Of a stretch of DNA of 58,089 nt, positions 19,308 to 28,001 are shown in pieces. How positions within the stretch are numbered: the stretch's first letter is position 1; each line of letters starts with the position of its first letter. The notes under the pieces are model-generated. The model ran no database searches. It had not been told where the DNA came from and saw only the letters and a list, made by a program, of their open reading frames with translations. The stretch is from Clostridiales bacterium (GTDB lineage: Bacteria; Bacillota; Clostridia; Oscillospirales; Oscillospiraceae), in the NCBI GenBank assembly GCA_029267755.1, contig JAJUHS010000001.1, forward strand, positions 1-58,089, given 5' to 3'. The position numbers and the translations under genes were made by a program.

Positions 19308-20501
19308 CTAATCCGCGCGCAAAGCCACGACCGGCTGAAGCCCGGAAGCCTTTATCGCCGGATAAAGCCCAAAACCAATGCCTATCGCTATCGAAAAGGC
19401 GAAGGACGCGCAGGTTATCCATGCCATAGGCAGCAGAATCATATCGTACATTGCTTTTCCGACAATCAGGGTTATGATAAAGCCGAATATTATGCCGATT
19501 ATCCCTCCAAGGGCGGAAAGCATGCCCGACTCTATCAGGAATTGCGTTATTATTGCTTTTCTGGTGGCTCCTATGGCCTTTCTTATACCTATTTCCCTTG
19601 TTCTTTCCGTTACGGTAACAAGCATGATATTCATTATGCCTATACCGCCGACAAGAAGCGCAATACTTGCGACGGCGCCGAGCACAAGACTCAGGGAAGC
19701 CGTTTCATCGTCGCTCGCTTCCATCTCGGTGTTTTCATTGGTAAGCTTAAATTTGCCCATGGTGTCGTCGATTTTTGCGTCAAGGAAGGCATTGAGCTTT
19801 GTGTAAAGTGCTGTCATCGAGGTTGCGTCCACCGATTTTACCGTATAGGCGGAAACGGCCACTGTGCCGAGCACCTCTTTATTAAGGGTATATGGCATGA
19901 CGATGGCGTCGTCCATCGAGGATTCCGTAGTGCCGTCCTTCTGGTAATAGACTCCGACAACCTTAAGCGGAAGGGAATTAAAATAGATGGTTTCCCCTAT
20001 CGGATTCTTGTACCCGAACAGCTCCTGCACAATATAGCTGCCTATGACGCAGACATGGTTTGCACTCTGGACATCCATATACGAAATGTCACGGCCCTCC
20101 TTCAGGTCATAGTTGTTGCATAGAGAAAACTGCTCATTTCCGAGATAAACGGTGGATGTGTCTTCAATCGTGCCGCTTCCGTACTGGATAGTGCCGGAAG
20201 TCTTCATGGCGGGAGACACTCCGCTCGCGAGGCCGCTTAAATCCTTGTTGACATATTCGTAAAGCTTGTCATACATCTTTACGGAATCGCTGAAGTTGTA
20301 CATTGTCAGGGAAACCGATATCTTGTTTACGCCCATCTTTTCGTAATATTGGGTTATATCGGCGTTGTAGCCCTGCATAACCGACACCAGGCCGATAACC
20401 GAGGTCACTCCGATAATTATTCCTAGCATTGTTAGGAAGGAACGCACCTTATTGATGCGAATGGTCGCTACTGCCATCTTGAATGACTGAAGCAAATTCA
20501 T
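19308..20501 (-). CDS. MacB/FtsX-family ABC transporter permease
   Basis: RSFLTMLGIIIGV, GGIGIMNIMLVTVTERTREIGIRKAIGA. Confidence 0.93.
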   Translation of the reverse strand: MNLLQSFKMAVATIRINKVRSFLTMLGIIIGVTSVIGLVSVMQGYNADITQYYEKMGVNKISVSLTMYNFSDSVKMYDKLYEYVNKDLSGLASGVSPAMKTSGTIQYGSGTIEDTSTVYLGNEQFSLCNNYDLKEGRDISYMDVQSANHVCVIGSYIVQELFGYKNPIGETIYFNSLPLKVVGVYYQKDGTTESSMDDAIVMPYTLNKEVLGTVAVSAYTVKSVDATSMTALYTKLNAFLDAKIDDTMGKFKLTNENTEMEASDDETASLSLVLGAVASIALLVGGIGIMNIMLVTVTERTREIGIRKAIGATRKAIITQFLIESGMLSALGGIIGIIFGFIITLIVGKAMYDMILLPMAWITCASFAFSIAIGIGFGLYPAIKASGLQPVVALRAD

Positions 20502-21190
20502 ACGGCTGTCTCCCCCCTGCTGTCGCTTATTATGTGCCCGTCGCTCAGCCGCACTACTCTTTTTGCCTTTGCCGCAATACCGTTGTCATGTGTTATGAGT
20601 ATGATAGTGCTGCCGCTTTTGTTCAGCTCCTCCAGGGTTTCCATTATCTGTATTCCCGTTTTCGAATCAAGTGCGCCTGTCGGCTCGTCGGCCATCATTA
20701 TCGGAGCCCTTGTCGCTATTGCTCTGGCTATGGCTATTCTCTGCTGCTGGCCTCCGGACAGCTGAGACGGGAAGTGAAGGTACCTTTCCTTGAGTCCTAC
20801 CCGTTCCAGCGCCTCAAATACGGCATCCCGTCTTTTGTGTGCGGGAATATTCTGATAGATCAGCGGCAGCTCTATGTTTTCATAGGCGTTGAGCGTGGAT
20901 ATGAGGTTATAGCCTTGAAAGATAAAGCCTACTTTAAGACTGCGTATCCTCGACAGGTCGGCATCCGTCAGCTCCTTGACGTTTACGTCCTCAAGGAAGT
21001 ATTCTCCCCTTGTCGGCACATCAAGGCAACCGAGTATATTCATAAATGTGGACTTTCCGGAGCCGGAGCTTCCGATGATGGCGACATATTCCCCGTAGTC
21101 TATGTTAAGCGAAACTCCGTCCAGCGCCCGGACCTCGTTTTCATGGCCCTCGTTATAGATTTTGTATACGTCTTTGACTCTAATCAGCAT
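20498..21190 (-). CDS. MacB/LolD-type ABC ATP-binding protein
   Basis: GSSGSGKST, LSGGQQQR, ADEPTGALD. Confidence 0.95.
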   Translation of the reverse strand: MLIRVKDVYKIYNEGHENEVRALDGVSLNIDYGEYVAIIGSSGSGKSTFMNILGCLDVPTRGEYFLEDVNVKELTDADLSRIRSLKVGFIFQGYNLISTLNAYENIELPLIYQNIPAHKRRDAVFEALERVGLKERYLHFPSQLSGGQQQRIAIARAIATRAPIMMADEPTGALDSKTGIQIMETLEELNKSGSTIILITHDNGIAAKAKRVVRLSDGHIISDSRGETAV

Positions 21191-21194
21191 ACGA

Positions 21195-22985
21195 TCAGCT
21201 CCTCGGACCCATGGAGCCGCCGGACATTCCGCCCGGCATTCCGCCGGGCATTCCGCCGGGCATCTGCTGCTGTTGATTTGTCTGGCTCTCCGAATTTTTT
21301 GAGGTAGTATCGCTTCCGGTCTTTGTGCCTGTTGAGATGTACTGTTCGAACACCGTGACCCCCTCGCTCACCCCGCTTGTGATTTCCACATTGTTTTCAT
21401 CCGAAAGCCCCGTTTCAACCTTAACCGCGTAATATCCGTCGGGTACGACGCCTTCATCAAGTTCGAGTGCGTTATCCGGTTTGGAGCTTGCCTTGATGAA
21501 AAGGCAGGTCCCATACTTTGTATTTTTCAAAGCGGCAATTGGAGCCAGAACGACGTCGGTTGCCTGCGCAGCCTTTATTGAATATGTAACATAGACCCCG
21601 GCCGACAGTTCTCCCTTGCTGGGTATCGTTATTGTGACCGGGAAGTATGCCACGCCGTTTGAAGATGTCGCCTCAAGGCTTGTTTTTGTAACAGTACCCT
21701 TATAGGTTTTGCCCGACGAGCCGGATTTCGCGATAGTGACCTCCATACCCTGAGTAATGTACTCGTTTTGGGTCTCGTTGATATTTGCCGTTATTTCCAT
21801 CGTGTCCGTATTGTAAATAGCCATGGATGCGCTGCCCTTTGATACCTCTTCGCCTTCCTTAATCTTCACATAGATGACCGTTCCTGCTACCGTGGCCTTT
21901 GGGGAACACTCCTCAAGGGTTTTTTGTTTCTCCGTCAGGCTCGCTTTGCTGGAAGATATCTTCTTTTCGAGCGAAGTCAACTGCTTTGCGTAGTCTTCGT
22001 TCAGAATATATGCCAGAGTATCGCCCGCCGAAACGCGGGAATAGTTCTGAACCTTGAGCGATGAAACCGTTCCGCTTACCTCCGTGCTTATGGTTTTCGT
22101 CCTGTAGTACTTCAAGGTTCCCGACTCTGCCGGACTTATCTCCGTCCCGCCGGAATATAACGTCGCCGAAGCCGCAATTCCAGCCGTCAGGGAGCCTGGA
22201 TTGTTTACGGTTATATTTACCTTAAAGCAGGACGCGCCCTCCGAAGACACATAGCTAACCCAATCTATACTTGAAACCGTCCCCTCAAGAGCGGTCATAT
22301 AATCCGGAACCGAAACGCTTGCGCTCATTCCGGTATAAATACTGTCTTTATATGCATAGCTGAAGTACAGCGAAAGCAGCATCTTGCTGTCGTCCACAAG
22401 CGTCGCCACCGTGCCGTTCGTGCTTATTTTGGTGCCTTCCTCCACTTTCACATCAAGAATCTTGCCGTCGAAAGGCGCATTTACCGACAAATTTGCAATG
22501 TTCTGGTAGCAATCCGCAAGGTCGGACTCGTAATCCGAGATCGTGGCTTCGAGCTCGGCGATCTCCGCGTTCAGATCCGTCGTGTCCATCGTATAAAGCG
22601 GATCACCCACCGCGACCTTGCTCCCCTGTGATACATATATCTTACTGACGGTACCGTCTACCGGTATTGTAAGCTTCTGGTATGATGTCGGCGTAGTTGT
22701 CGCCGACCCCTCGATAACCGTCGTTATAGAGCCTTTTGTCGTAGTTCCGGTAATCATCTGCTTTGGTTCCTCGTAGAAGAACAGCCTATAAACGCCAAAG
22801 CCTCCGCCGCCTAATATAGCTGCAATCAATACCATGATTATTATTCTTTTGGGCGTAAGCTTTTTTGACTTTTTAAACTTGTTTCCTGAAGTCATCTTCT
22901 GTTTTCTCCTAAACGGAAGTTTGCCGGGCGATATTTCTTCCGGCTCGCTATTTGGATCTGAGCTTTTCTGCTTGATTTTTAACAT
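21195..22985 (-). CDS. MacA/HlyD-family adaptor (membrane fusion) protein
   Basis: N-terminal TM helix, two coiled-coil/lipoyl-like segments, VETGLSDENNVEITSGV, C-terminal PGGM repeats. Confidence 0.85.
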   Translation of the reverse strand: MLKIKQKSSDPNSEPEEISPGKLPFRRKQKMTSGNKFKKSKKLTPKRIIIMVLIAAILGGGGFGVYRLFFYEEPKQMITGTTTKGSITTVIEGSATTTPTSYQKLTIPVDGTVSKIYVSQGSKVAVGDPLYTMDTTDLNAEIAELEATISDYESDLADCYQNIANLSVNAPFDGKILDVKVEEGTKISTNGTVATLVDDSKMLLSLYFSYAYKDSIYTGMSASVSVPDYMTALEGTVSSIDWVSYVSSEGASCFKVNITVNNPGSLTAGIAASATLYSGGTEISPAESGTLKYYRTKTISTEVSGTVSSLKVQNYSRVSAGDTLAYILNEDYAKQLTSLEKKISSSKASLTEKQKTLEECSPKATVAGTVIYVKIKEGEEVSKGSASMAIYNTDTMEITANINETQNEYITQGMEVTIAKSGSSGKTYKGTVTKTSLEATSSNGVAYFPVTITIPSKGELSAGVYVTYSIKAAQATDVVLAPIAALKNTKYGTCLFIKASSKPDNALELDEGVVPDGYYAVKVETGLSDENNVEITSGVSEGVTVFEQYISTGTKTGSDTTSKNSESQTNQQQQMPGGMPGGMPGGMSGGSMGPRS

Positions 22986-23157
22986 ACTTGTTCCCCCATT
23001 TTGTTTTGCATGCGGATGCAATTTATGCCAACGCAGGAAATGTTATCATCAAATTCTGAAATTAATCTGAAGTTTTAGGATAAAACTTAATGTGGAATTT
23101 TCGCCATAAATAATATATAATTATTGTTAAAGCAACCGGTGGAAGGAGTGGTTTCGA

Positions 23158-24723
23158 ATGCCCGGCCTGCAGTATCTGCTCAACCTGCTCGGAGATAATG
23201 TTACAGATTCCAGGATAATCGTACCCGTTCCTCTGTCCGACAAAATTGAAATCTTGGATGATCAGGACTACCTCTGTGCCGACACAGTATATATCGCGCC
23301 CTCGGTGACGGCAGATCTGTTTCTGCGTAAGGAACCTGTCATTGAAGACGGCGCGCTTTTAATAACTTCCGATACGGATTCGCTTCTCAACGATGAGCTT
23401 GTTTCGAGATTCCCCATCAATCTGATTCAGACGCGGATGAAGTCCGCCGCTTTATATAACCTGCTGAGCAGGATGTTCAGGAAAATAGAAGCATGGGAAA
23501 GAAATTTTGAGCGCTTATCCCGACCCGGCGCAAATGTCCGGGAAATTCTGCAATATATCGCAGATGAATCCGGGGCGTCGGTCTACCTTATCGAGGACGA
23601 AAGATACACCTCCGTCAGCCGAAACGAACGCATTTCGGCATGGCTTGCATCAAACTTTTTCAGAAACGGAGTTCTGAACGAGAAGTGGATAGCGGAATTC
23701 AAAAATGCCTGCACCCCGTGCGGCGGCTTCCTTAGGCATTATTCCGACAAAATGGGAATCGCTGTTTATTTCAGGCAGATTCAAAACCGCGGCGGCTTGG
23801 GCCTTTACATTGTTCTCGCCTATGAAAACTCCGGAAACCTTGACCATGCGTTCGGCAAGCTAGCCGTGGACACCATCTCAGCCAAGCTTAGTTCCGGAAC
23901 CGACCCCGCCCTGCTCGAAGATTCCTCTGCTTTCGGAAAATTCTGGCAGGACATCTTAAGCAAAAAGTATATCGGCAAAACTGAAATCTATGACCAGCTC
24001 AACAAGTTTCGGAATTCTCCTCTGCTTTTCGTGCGTGTGATTCTTATTGTCTTCGAAAACAAGGAATGGGACGATGCGGCATGCTGGAAGATTATATGCC
24101 AGCTGAACGAGCTTTTTCCCGGCTGCACCATTACCTTCGGCGGCGGCGAGGCCGTCATACTAATGTATCACAACGAAAGGATATTAAACCTCAAACTGGA
24201 CGAGCCCAAAATAAATGCGTTCCTGATGAAATACGACGCCTATATGGCCGTAGGCAACAATACCCGCGACTATTCCATGCTGCGCACTCATTACCTTCTC
24301 TCTAAGCGCACCATATCTCTCGCAAAAAAGCTTAATGTCGAAAAAGAGAGCAGAATATGCCGTCAGATAAGATATAATGAATACTGCATAATCGATTTCT
24401 GCGTCGAGCGGTTTGTTGAGGAGTTCGGCCACGACGACATCATCTATCTCATGCACCCCGCGGTCGTCCAAATCTTAAGATACGATAAAAAGTACAACAA
24501 TAATCTCGAGGATGTGCTACATTCCTATCTTATCAACGACTGCAACGTTACAAGAACCGCGGAAGAAATGTATATGCACCGCAATACTATAATAAATAAG
24601 ATTAACAAGATCATGTCGCTTATAGATGCGGATCTGAGCGACCCTAGAGTCCGCCAGCAGCTTCTGTTCTCTCAGCAGGTGCTTCGGTACTATGAAAAGG
24701 TTATGAATCTTGAAGTCAACTAG
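23158..24723 (+). CDS. PucR/CdaR-family transcriptional regulator
   Basis: C-terminal LRYDKKYNNNL...NVTRTAEEMYMHRNTI HTH. Confidence 0.88.
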   Translation: MPGLQYLLNLLGDNVTDSRIIVPVPLSDKIEILDDQDYLCADTVYIAPSVTADLFLRKEPVIEDGALLITSDTDSLLNDELVSRFPINLIQTRMKSAALYNLLSRMFRKIEAWERNFERLSRPGANVREILQYIADESGASVYLIEDERYTSVSRNERISAWLASNFFRNGVLNEKWIAEFKNACTPCGGFLRHYSDKMGIAVYFRQIQNRGGLGLYIVLAYENSGNLDHAFGKLAVDTISAKLSSGTDPALLEDSSAFGKFWQDILSKKYIGKTEIYDQLNKFRNSPLLFVRVILIVFENKEWDDAACWKIICQLNELFPGCTITFGGGEAVILMYHNERILNLKLDEPKINAFLMKYDAYMAVGNNTRDYSMLRTHYLLSKRTISLAKKLNVEKESRICRQIRYNEYCIIDFCVERFVEEFGHDDIIYLMHPAVVQILRYDKKYNNNLEDVLHSYLINDCNVTRTAEEMYMHRNTIINKINKIMSLIDADLSDPRVRQQLLFSQQVLRYYEKVMNLEVN

Positions 24724-24784
24724 CATTTGTTAAAAATGTGGTATTTTAGCCCAAACAAACTGATCAAATTGTGTATTCATCATG

Positions 24785-24813
24785 TTGACAGAAGGTAATA
24801 TTCCGTTTATAAT
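24785..24813 (+). promoter_or_regulatory. SigA promoter of the amtB-PII operon
   Basis: Consensus TTGACA-17 nt-TATAAT. Confidence 0.85.
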
Positions 24814-24856
24814 TTGTATAAAAGTAAGCAGTCGGTTATAAATCAATATTCTTAAA

Positions 24857-25050
24857 GACAATGGGGTCAAAACAGGCGTCTGCCGCGTTTTGATCTTTTT
24901 GTTTTATCGATTCAATCAAAACTTAATACTGTATAATAAGGGACAATGGGGTCTGAACGCCTTTTGCGGCGTTTGGGCCCCATATTTTTTTGTTATTGCA
25001 TATAAGACAATGGGGTCTGAACGCTTTTTGCGCTCGGGCTCTTTAATTTT
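24857..25050 (+). promoter_or_regulatory. Three tandem ANTAR-like hexaloop hairpins, each overlapping a terminator
   Basis: GAC-AATGGG-GTC at 24857, 24942 and 25006; each 3' half forms the 5' arm of a stem-loop followed by a U-rich tract. Confidence 0.72.
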
Positions 25051-25073
25051 ATAATCAGAGGAGGTTTTTAAGT

Positions 25074-25376
25074 ATGAAAAAAGGGTTTTTAAGGCCGGCG
25101 GCACTCATCAACGCGCTCTTTGCTTTTTCAATTCTGATTACGGCTATGGGAACGGGCTTTGCTGTTTACAGCACGGTTAAAAATGTAAGCTTAAACGTTT
25201 TGACCTCACAGGTTCCCGGCGCGGTTTTTGGGGCAATCATCGCATTTTTGGGCGTGAGGTACCTTCTGGCGGTCAGAAAGCTGAAAGCGGAGGTTTTTAA
25301 AACCAAAGCCGAGTTTTCCCGGGACAATTTGGGGAGGACCCACCCGCAAAGCGTCATTAAAAAGCAGGTAGATTAA
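25074..25376 (+). CDS. Small two-TM hypothetical membrane protein
   Basis: GAGGAGG RBS, two hydrophobic helices, first gene of the amtB operon. Confidence 0.75.
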   Translation: MKKGFLRPAALINALFAFSILITAMGTGFAVYSTVKNVSLNVLTSQVPGAVFGAIIAFLGVRYLLAVRKLKAEVFKTKAEFSRDNLGRTHPQSVIKKQVD

Positions 25377-25401
25377 AAATATTTTATATGAGGTGATTTT
25401 T

Positions 25402-27435
25402 ATGAAAAGGATGAAAAAAGCACTCGGACTTCTGCTGCTTATAGCGGCGATCATGGCACTTTTCGCGGTAACGGCGTATGCGGTCGAAGCCCCCTCCCCG
25501 GCTGATCCGACGGGAGCAAGCTACAGTACGCTGACCGGAGAAGAAACCCTCGGCGACGTCGCGGCTATCGCAGATACGGCAAAAAGCAGCGCGACCTACG
25601 TCTGGGTAATGATCTGCGCATTTATGGTTTTCTTCTTCCAGTGCGGGTTTGCAATGGTTGAGACCGGTTTTTGCCGCGGTAAGAACGCAGCTCATACCAT
25701 GACAATGAACTTTATGGTCTTTCTGGTCGGAGCCATAGGCTACTTCCTCGTCGGCTTTGCACTTCAGTTCGGCGGCTCAGGCGGCGCGGCGACACTCGGT
25801 TCCGGCGGTGCGGTGCTCGACGCAATGGTTTCAATCCCCGGCTTTGGCGGCATTCTGGGATACAAGGGCTTTATGCTTGGCGGTACTTATGATGCAGGCG
25901 TGTACCTCCTTTTCTTCTTCCAGATGGTGTTTATGGACACGACCGTTACGATTCCCACAGGCTCAATGGCAGAAAGAGTAAAGTACTCTGCCGTCATTAT
26001 CGCTTCGTTCTTTATATCCATGTTCTTCTATCCGCTTTTCGGTAACTGGGTATGGGGCGGCGGCTGGCTCTCGACTCTCGGCAAGAACTTCGGCCTCGGC
26101 CACGGCGTTGTTGACTTCGCGGGCTCGGCGGTTGTTCACTCGATGGGCGGTATGCTGGCCCTCTCCGGCGCAATAGTCATAGGCCCAAGAATCGGCAAAT
26201 TTAAAAAGGACGGCACTGCCAGGGCTTTCCCCGGGCACGACATCCCGATGGCGATTGTAGGTACGATAATCCTCTTTTTCTGCTGGTTTGCGTTTAACGC
26301 AGGGTCCACTCTGAACGCTTCCGACTTCCGTCTCGCGGTAGTCGCTACCAACACAATGATTGCGGGAGCAACAGGCGGTCTCGTCGCAATGTTCTATATG
26401 TGGATCAAGTACGGCAAGCCCGATCCTTCGATGACAGCGAACGGCGCTCTCGCCGGACTCGTCGCCATTACCGCTCCCTGTGCGTTCGTAAATGCTTTTT
26501 CTTCCCTTGTCATCGGCTTTATAGCGGCTATACTTGTTTGCATTTCGGTTCCCTTCGTCGAAAACAGGCTAAAGCTTGACGACCCTGTCGGCGCCATTTC
26601 GGTTCATGGAGTTAACGGTATCTGGGGTGTAATTTCCGTAGGTCTTTTTGCTGACGGCGTTTACGGCGACGGGCTCAACGGCGTACCGGGCGGCGTAACC
26701 GGCCTCTTCTTCGGCGGCGGCGCTTCACAGTTAATCGCACAGCTAATTGCGGTAGGCGTTCTCATAGTTTACGGCTTTGGCGTATCCTATATTTTCTATA
26801 AGGCGCTCGACAAGGTCTGGGGTCTTAGGGTTAAGCCGGAGGATGAGCTTGAAGGTCTCGATATCCCCGAGATGGGTGTTCTCGCATACCCTGACAGCCA
26901 ACTCGTCCGTTCGGAGCTTGACTATAACTCTTCAGACAACGCCCCTATAAGACAGCTTGAAAGATTCGGTAGCTGGACGAAAAAGGCTCTGCCCACGGCT
27001 CCCGCAAGCGTCAGCGCGGCGGTTCCCGTCGAACTTGTCGCAGGAGCCGCCCCCATTGCTTCCGACGTTAAGATTACGAAAATCGAGATCATTACAAAGC
27101 AGAGCAAGTTTGAGGCCTTAAAGGCAGCCATGAATGAAATCGGCGTGACCGGAATGACCGTGACCAATGTGCTCGGCTGCGGCATACAGAAGGGAAAAAC
27201 CGAATATTACCGAGGCGTTGAGGTTGAAATAAACCTCCTGCCCAAGGTGCAGGTCGAAATCGTCGTATCCAAGGTTCCCGTCAGAACCGTAATTGAAACC
27301 GCGAAAAAGGTTCTATATACCGGCCATATCGGCGACGGAAAGATCTTCGTTTACGACGTCGAGAATGTTGTCAAGGTTCGTACCGGTGAGGAAGGATATG
27401 CGGCCTTACAGGACGAATCGGATCTGGAAGCCTGA
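25402..27435 (+). CDS. amtB: Ammonium transporter fused to a C-terminal PII (GlnK/GlnB) domain
   Basis: DFAGSAVVHSMGG, DDPVGAISVHG; C-terminal GVTGMTV..VLGCGIQKG..YRG and TGHIGDGKIFV..RTGEEG PII signatures. Confidence 0.95.
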   Translation: MKRMKKALGLLLLIAAIMALFAVTAYAVEAPSPADPTGASYSTLTGEETLGDVAAIADTAKSSATYVWVMICAFMVFFFQCGFAMVETGFCRGKNAAHTMTMNFMVFLVGAIGYFLVGFALQFGGSGGAATLGSGGAVLDAMVSIPGFGGILGYKGFMLGGTYDAGVYLLFFFQMVFMDTTVTIPTGSMAERVKYSAVIIASFFISMFFYPLFGNWVWGGGWLSTLGKNFGLGHGVVDFAGSAVVHSMGGMLALSGAIVIGPRIGKFKKDGTARAFPGHDIPMAIVGTIILFFCWFAFNAGSTLNASDFRLAVVATNTMIAGATGGLVAMFYMWIKYGKPDPSMTANGALAGLVAITAPCAFVNAFSSLVIGFIAAILVCISVPFVENRLKLDDPVGAISVHGVNGIWGVISVGLFADGVYGDGLNGVPGGVTGLFFGGGASQLIAQLIAVGVLIVYGFGVSYIFYKALDKVWGLRVKPEDELEGLDIPEMGVLAYPDSQLVRSELDYNSSDNAPIRQLERFGSWTKKALPTAPASVSAAVPVELVAGAAPIASDVKITKIEIITKQSKFEALKAAMNEIGVTGMTVTNVLGCGIQKGKTEYYRGVEVEINLLPKVQVEIVVSKVPVRTVIETAKKVLYTGHIGDGKIFVYDVENVVKVRTGEEGYAALQDESDLEA

Positions 27436-27448
27436 CAGTTAAAAACAG

Positions 27449-27484
27449 AAGAGGCTTGTCTTTAGCGGCAAGCCTCTTGCTTGT
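27449..27484 (+). terminator. Terminator of the amtB operon
   Basis: aagaggcttg...caagcctctt hairpin. Confidence 0.7.
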
Positions 27485-27565
27485 CGAAATAATACTGTGA
27501 CGTTCTTCAAATTGCCCGACGTTTTAGTCAATTCAAACAACATTACTCTTTATTGTAAAAAAGTG

Positions 27566-27594
27566 TTGACAGCGCCAAATGCATATGCTATCAT
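27566..27594 (+). promoter_or_regulatory. SigA promoter of the leu-ilv operon
   Basis: TTGACA-17 nt-TATCAT. Confidence 0.8.
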
Positions 27595-27630
27595 GAATCC
27601 AATTTATAGTATCTGAAAGGAAATCCTTCA

Positions 27631-27726
27631 ATGCTGTTGTCTGTTGTATCCATTATTATACTTAGCGTTATTCTTGGCATTCTTGTCATTGATAACGCTG
27701 GTTTTGGTTGCATACAGGCAGGTTGA
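27631..27726 (+). CDS. Putative ilv/leu leader peptide 1 (MLLSVVSIIILSVILGILVIDNAGFGCIQAG)
   Basis: RBS gaaagga; 15 of codons 2-20 are Ile/Leu/Val; terminator follows. Confidence 0.75.
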   Translation: MLLSVVSIIILSVILGILVIDNAGFGCIQAG

Positions 27727-27745
27727 TTGAATATCAGGATAATCA

Positions 27746-27784
27746 AAAGCCTTGTAGTGTAACCGCTGCAAGGCTTTATGTTTT
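27746..27784 (+). terminator. Attenuator terminator 1
   Basis: aaagccttgtagtg-taac-cgctgcaaggcttt then atgtttt. Confidence 0.75.
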
Positions 27785-27802
27785 ATATAGGAGTTCTGAA
27801 AA

Positions 27803-27928
27803 ATGTTTAAGAGGATCCGCATGGAAGGCATAATTATAATTCTTGTACTCGTTATCGTACTTATTATCGATAGCGTTGGTTCGGTTTTGCCTGATAGCGG
27901 AAGCTGCTTGAAAACCCAAACGGTTTAA
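27803..27928 (+). CDS. Putative ilv/leu leader peptide 2 (MFKRIRMEGIIIILVLVIVLIIDSVGSVLPDSGSCLKTQTV)
   Basis: RBS aggag; 13 consecutive Ile/Leu/Val codons; terminator follows. Confidence 0.78.
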   Translation: MFKRIRMEGIIIILVLVIVLIIDSVGSVLPDSGSCLKTQTV

Positions 27929-27934
27929 GTAAGC

Positions 27935-27973
27935 GGGGCCTAAGGTGAAACCACCTTAGGCCCCTAGTTGTTT
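27935..27973 (+). terminator. Attenuator terminator 2
   Basis: ggggcctaaggtg-aaac-caccttaggcccc then tagttgttt. Confidence 0.75.
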
Positions 27974-28001
27974 AATACGAATTGTTGAGGAGGATACTAC
28001 T

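Noticed and set aside
19282..19422. N-terminal extension of the SLH protein
   Set aside because: Overlaps the permease gene; RBS and signal peptide start at 19281
24857..25017. Three direct repeats as a mini CRISPR array
   Set aside because: Repeat core only 12 nt, intervening segments pair back into terminators, no cas genes
27628..27831. 67-aa minus-strand ORF in the leuA leader
   Set aside because: Antisense shadow of the leader peptides with no recognisable features
27631..27928. Leader ORFs as type I toxin or small membrane peptides
   Set aside because: Hydrophobicity comes almost only from Ile/Leu/Val, they precede BCAA genes, and each has antiterminator/terminator pairing; not fully excluded
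27600..28000. T-box riboswitch upstream of leuA
   Set aside because: No AGGGTGGNACCGCG T-box consensus or specifier stem visible; leader peptides explain the region better
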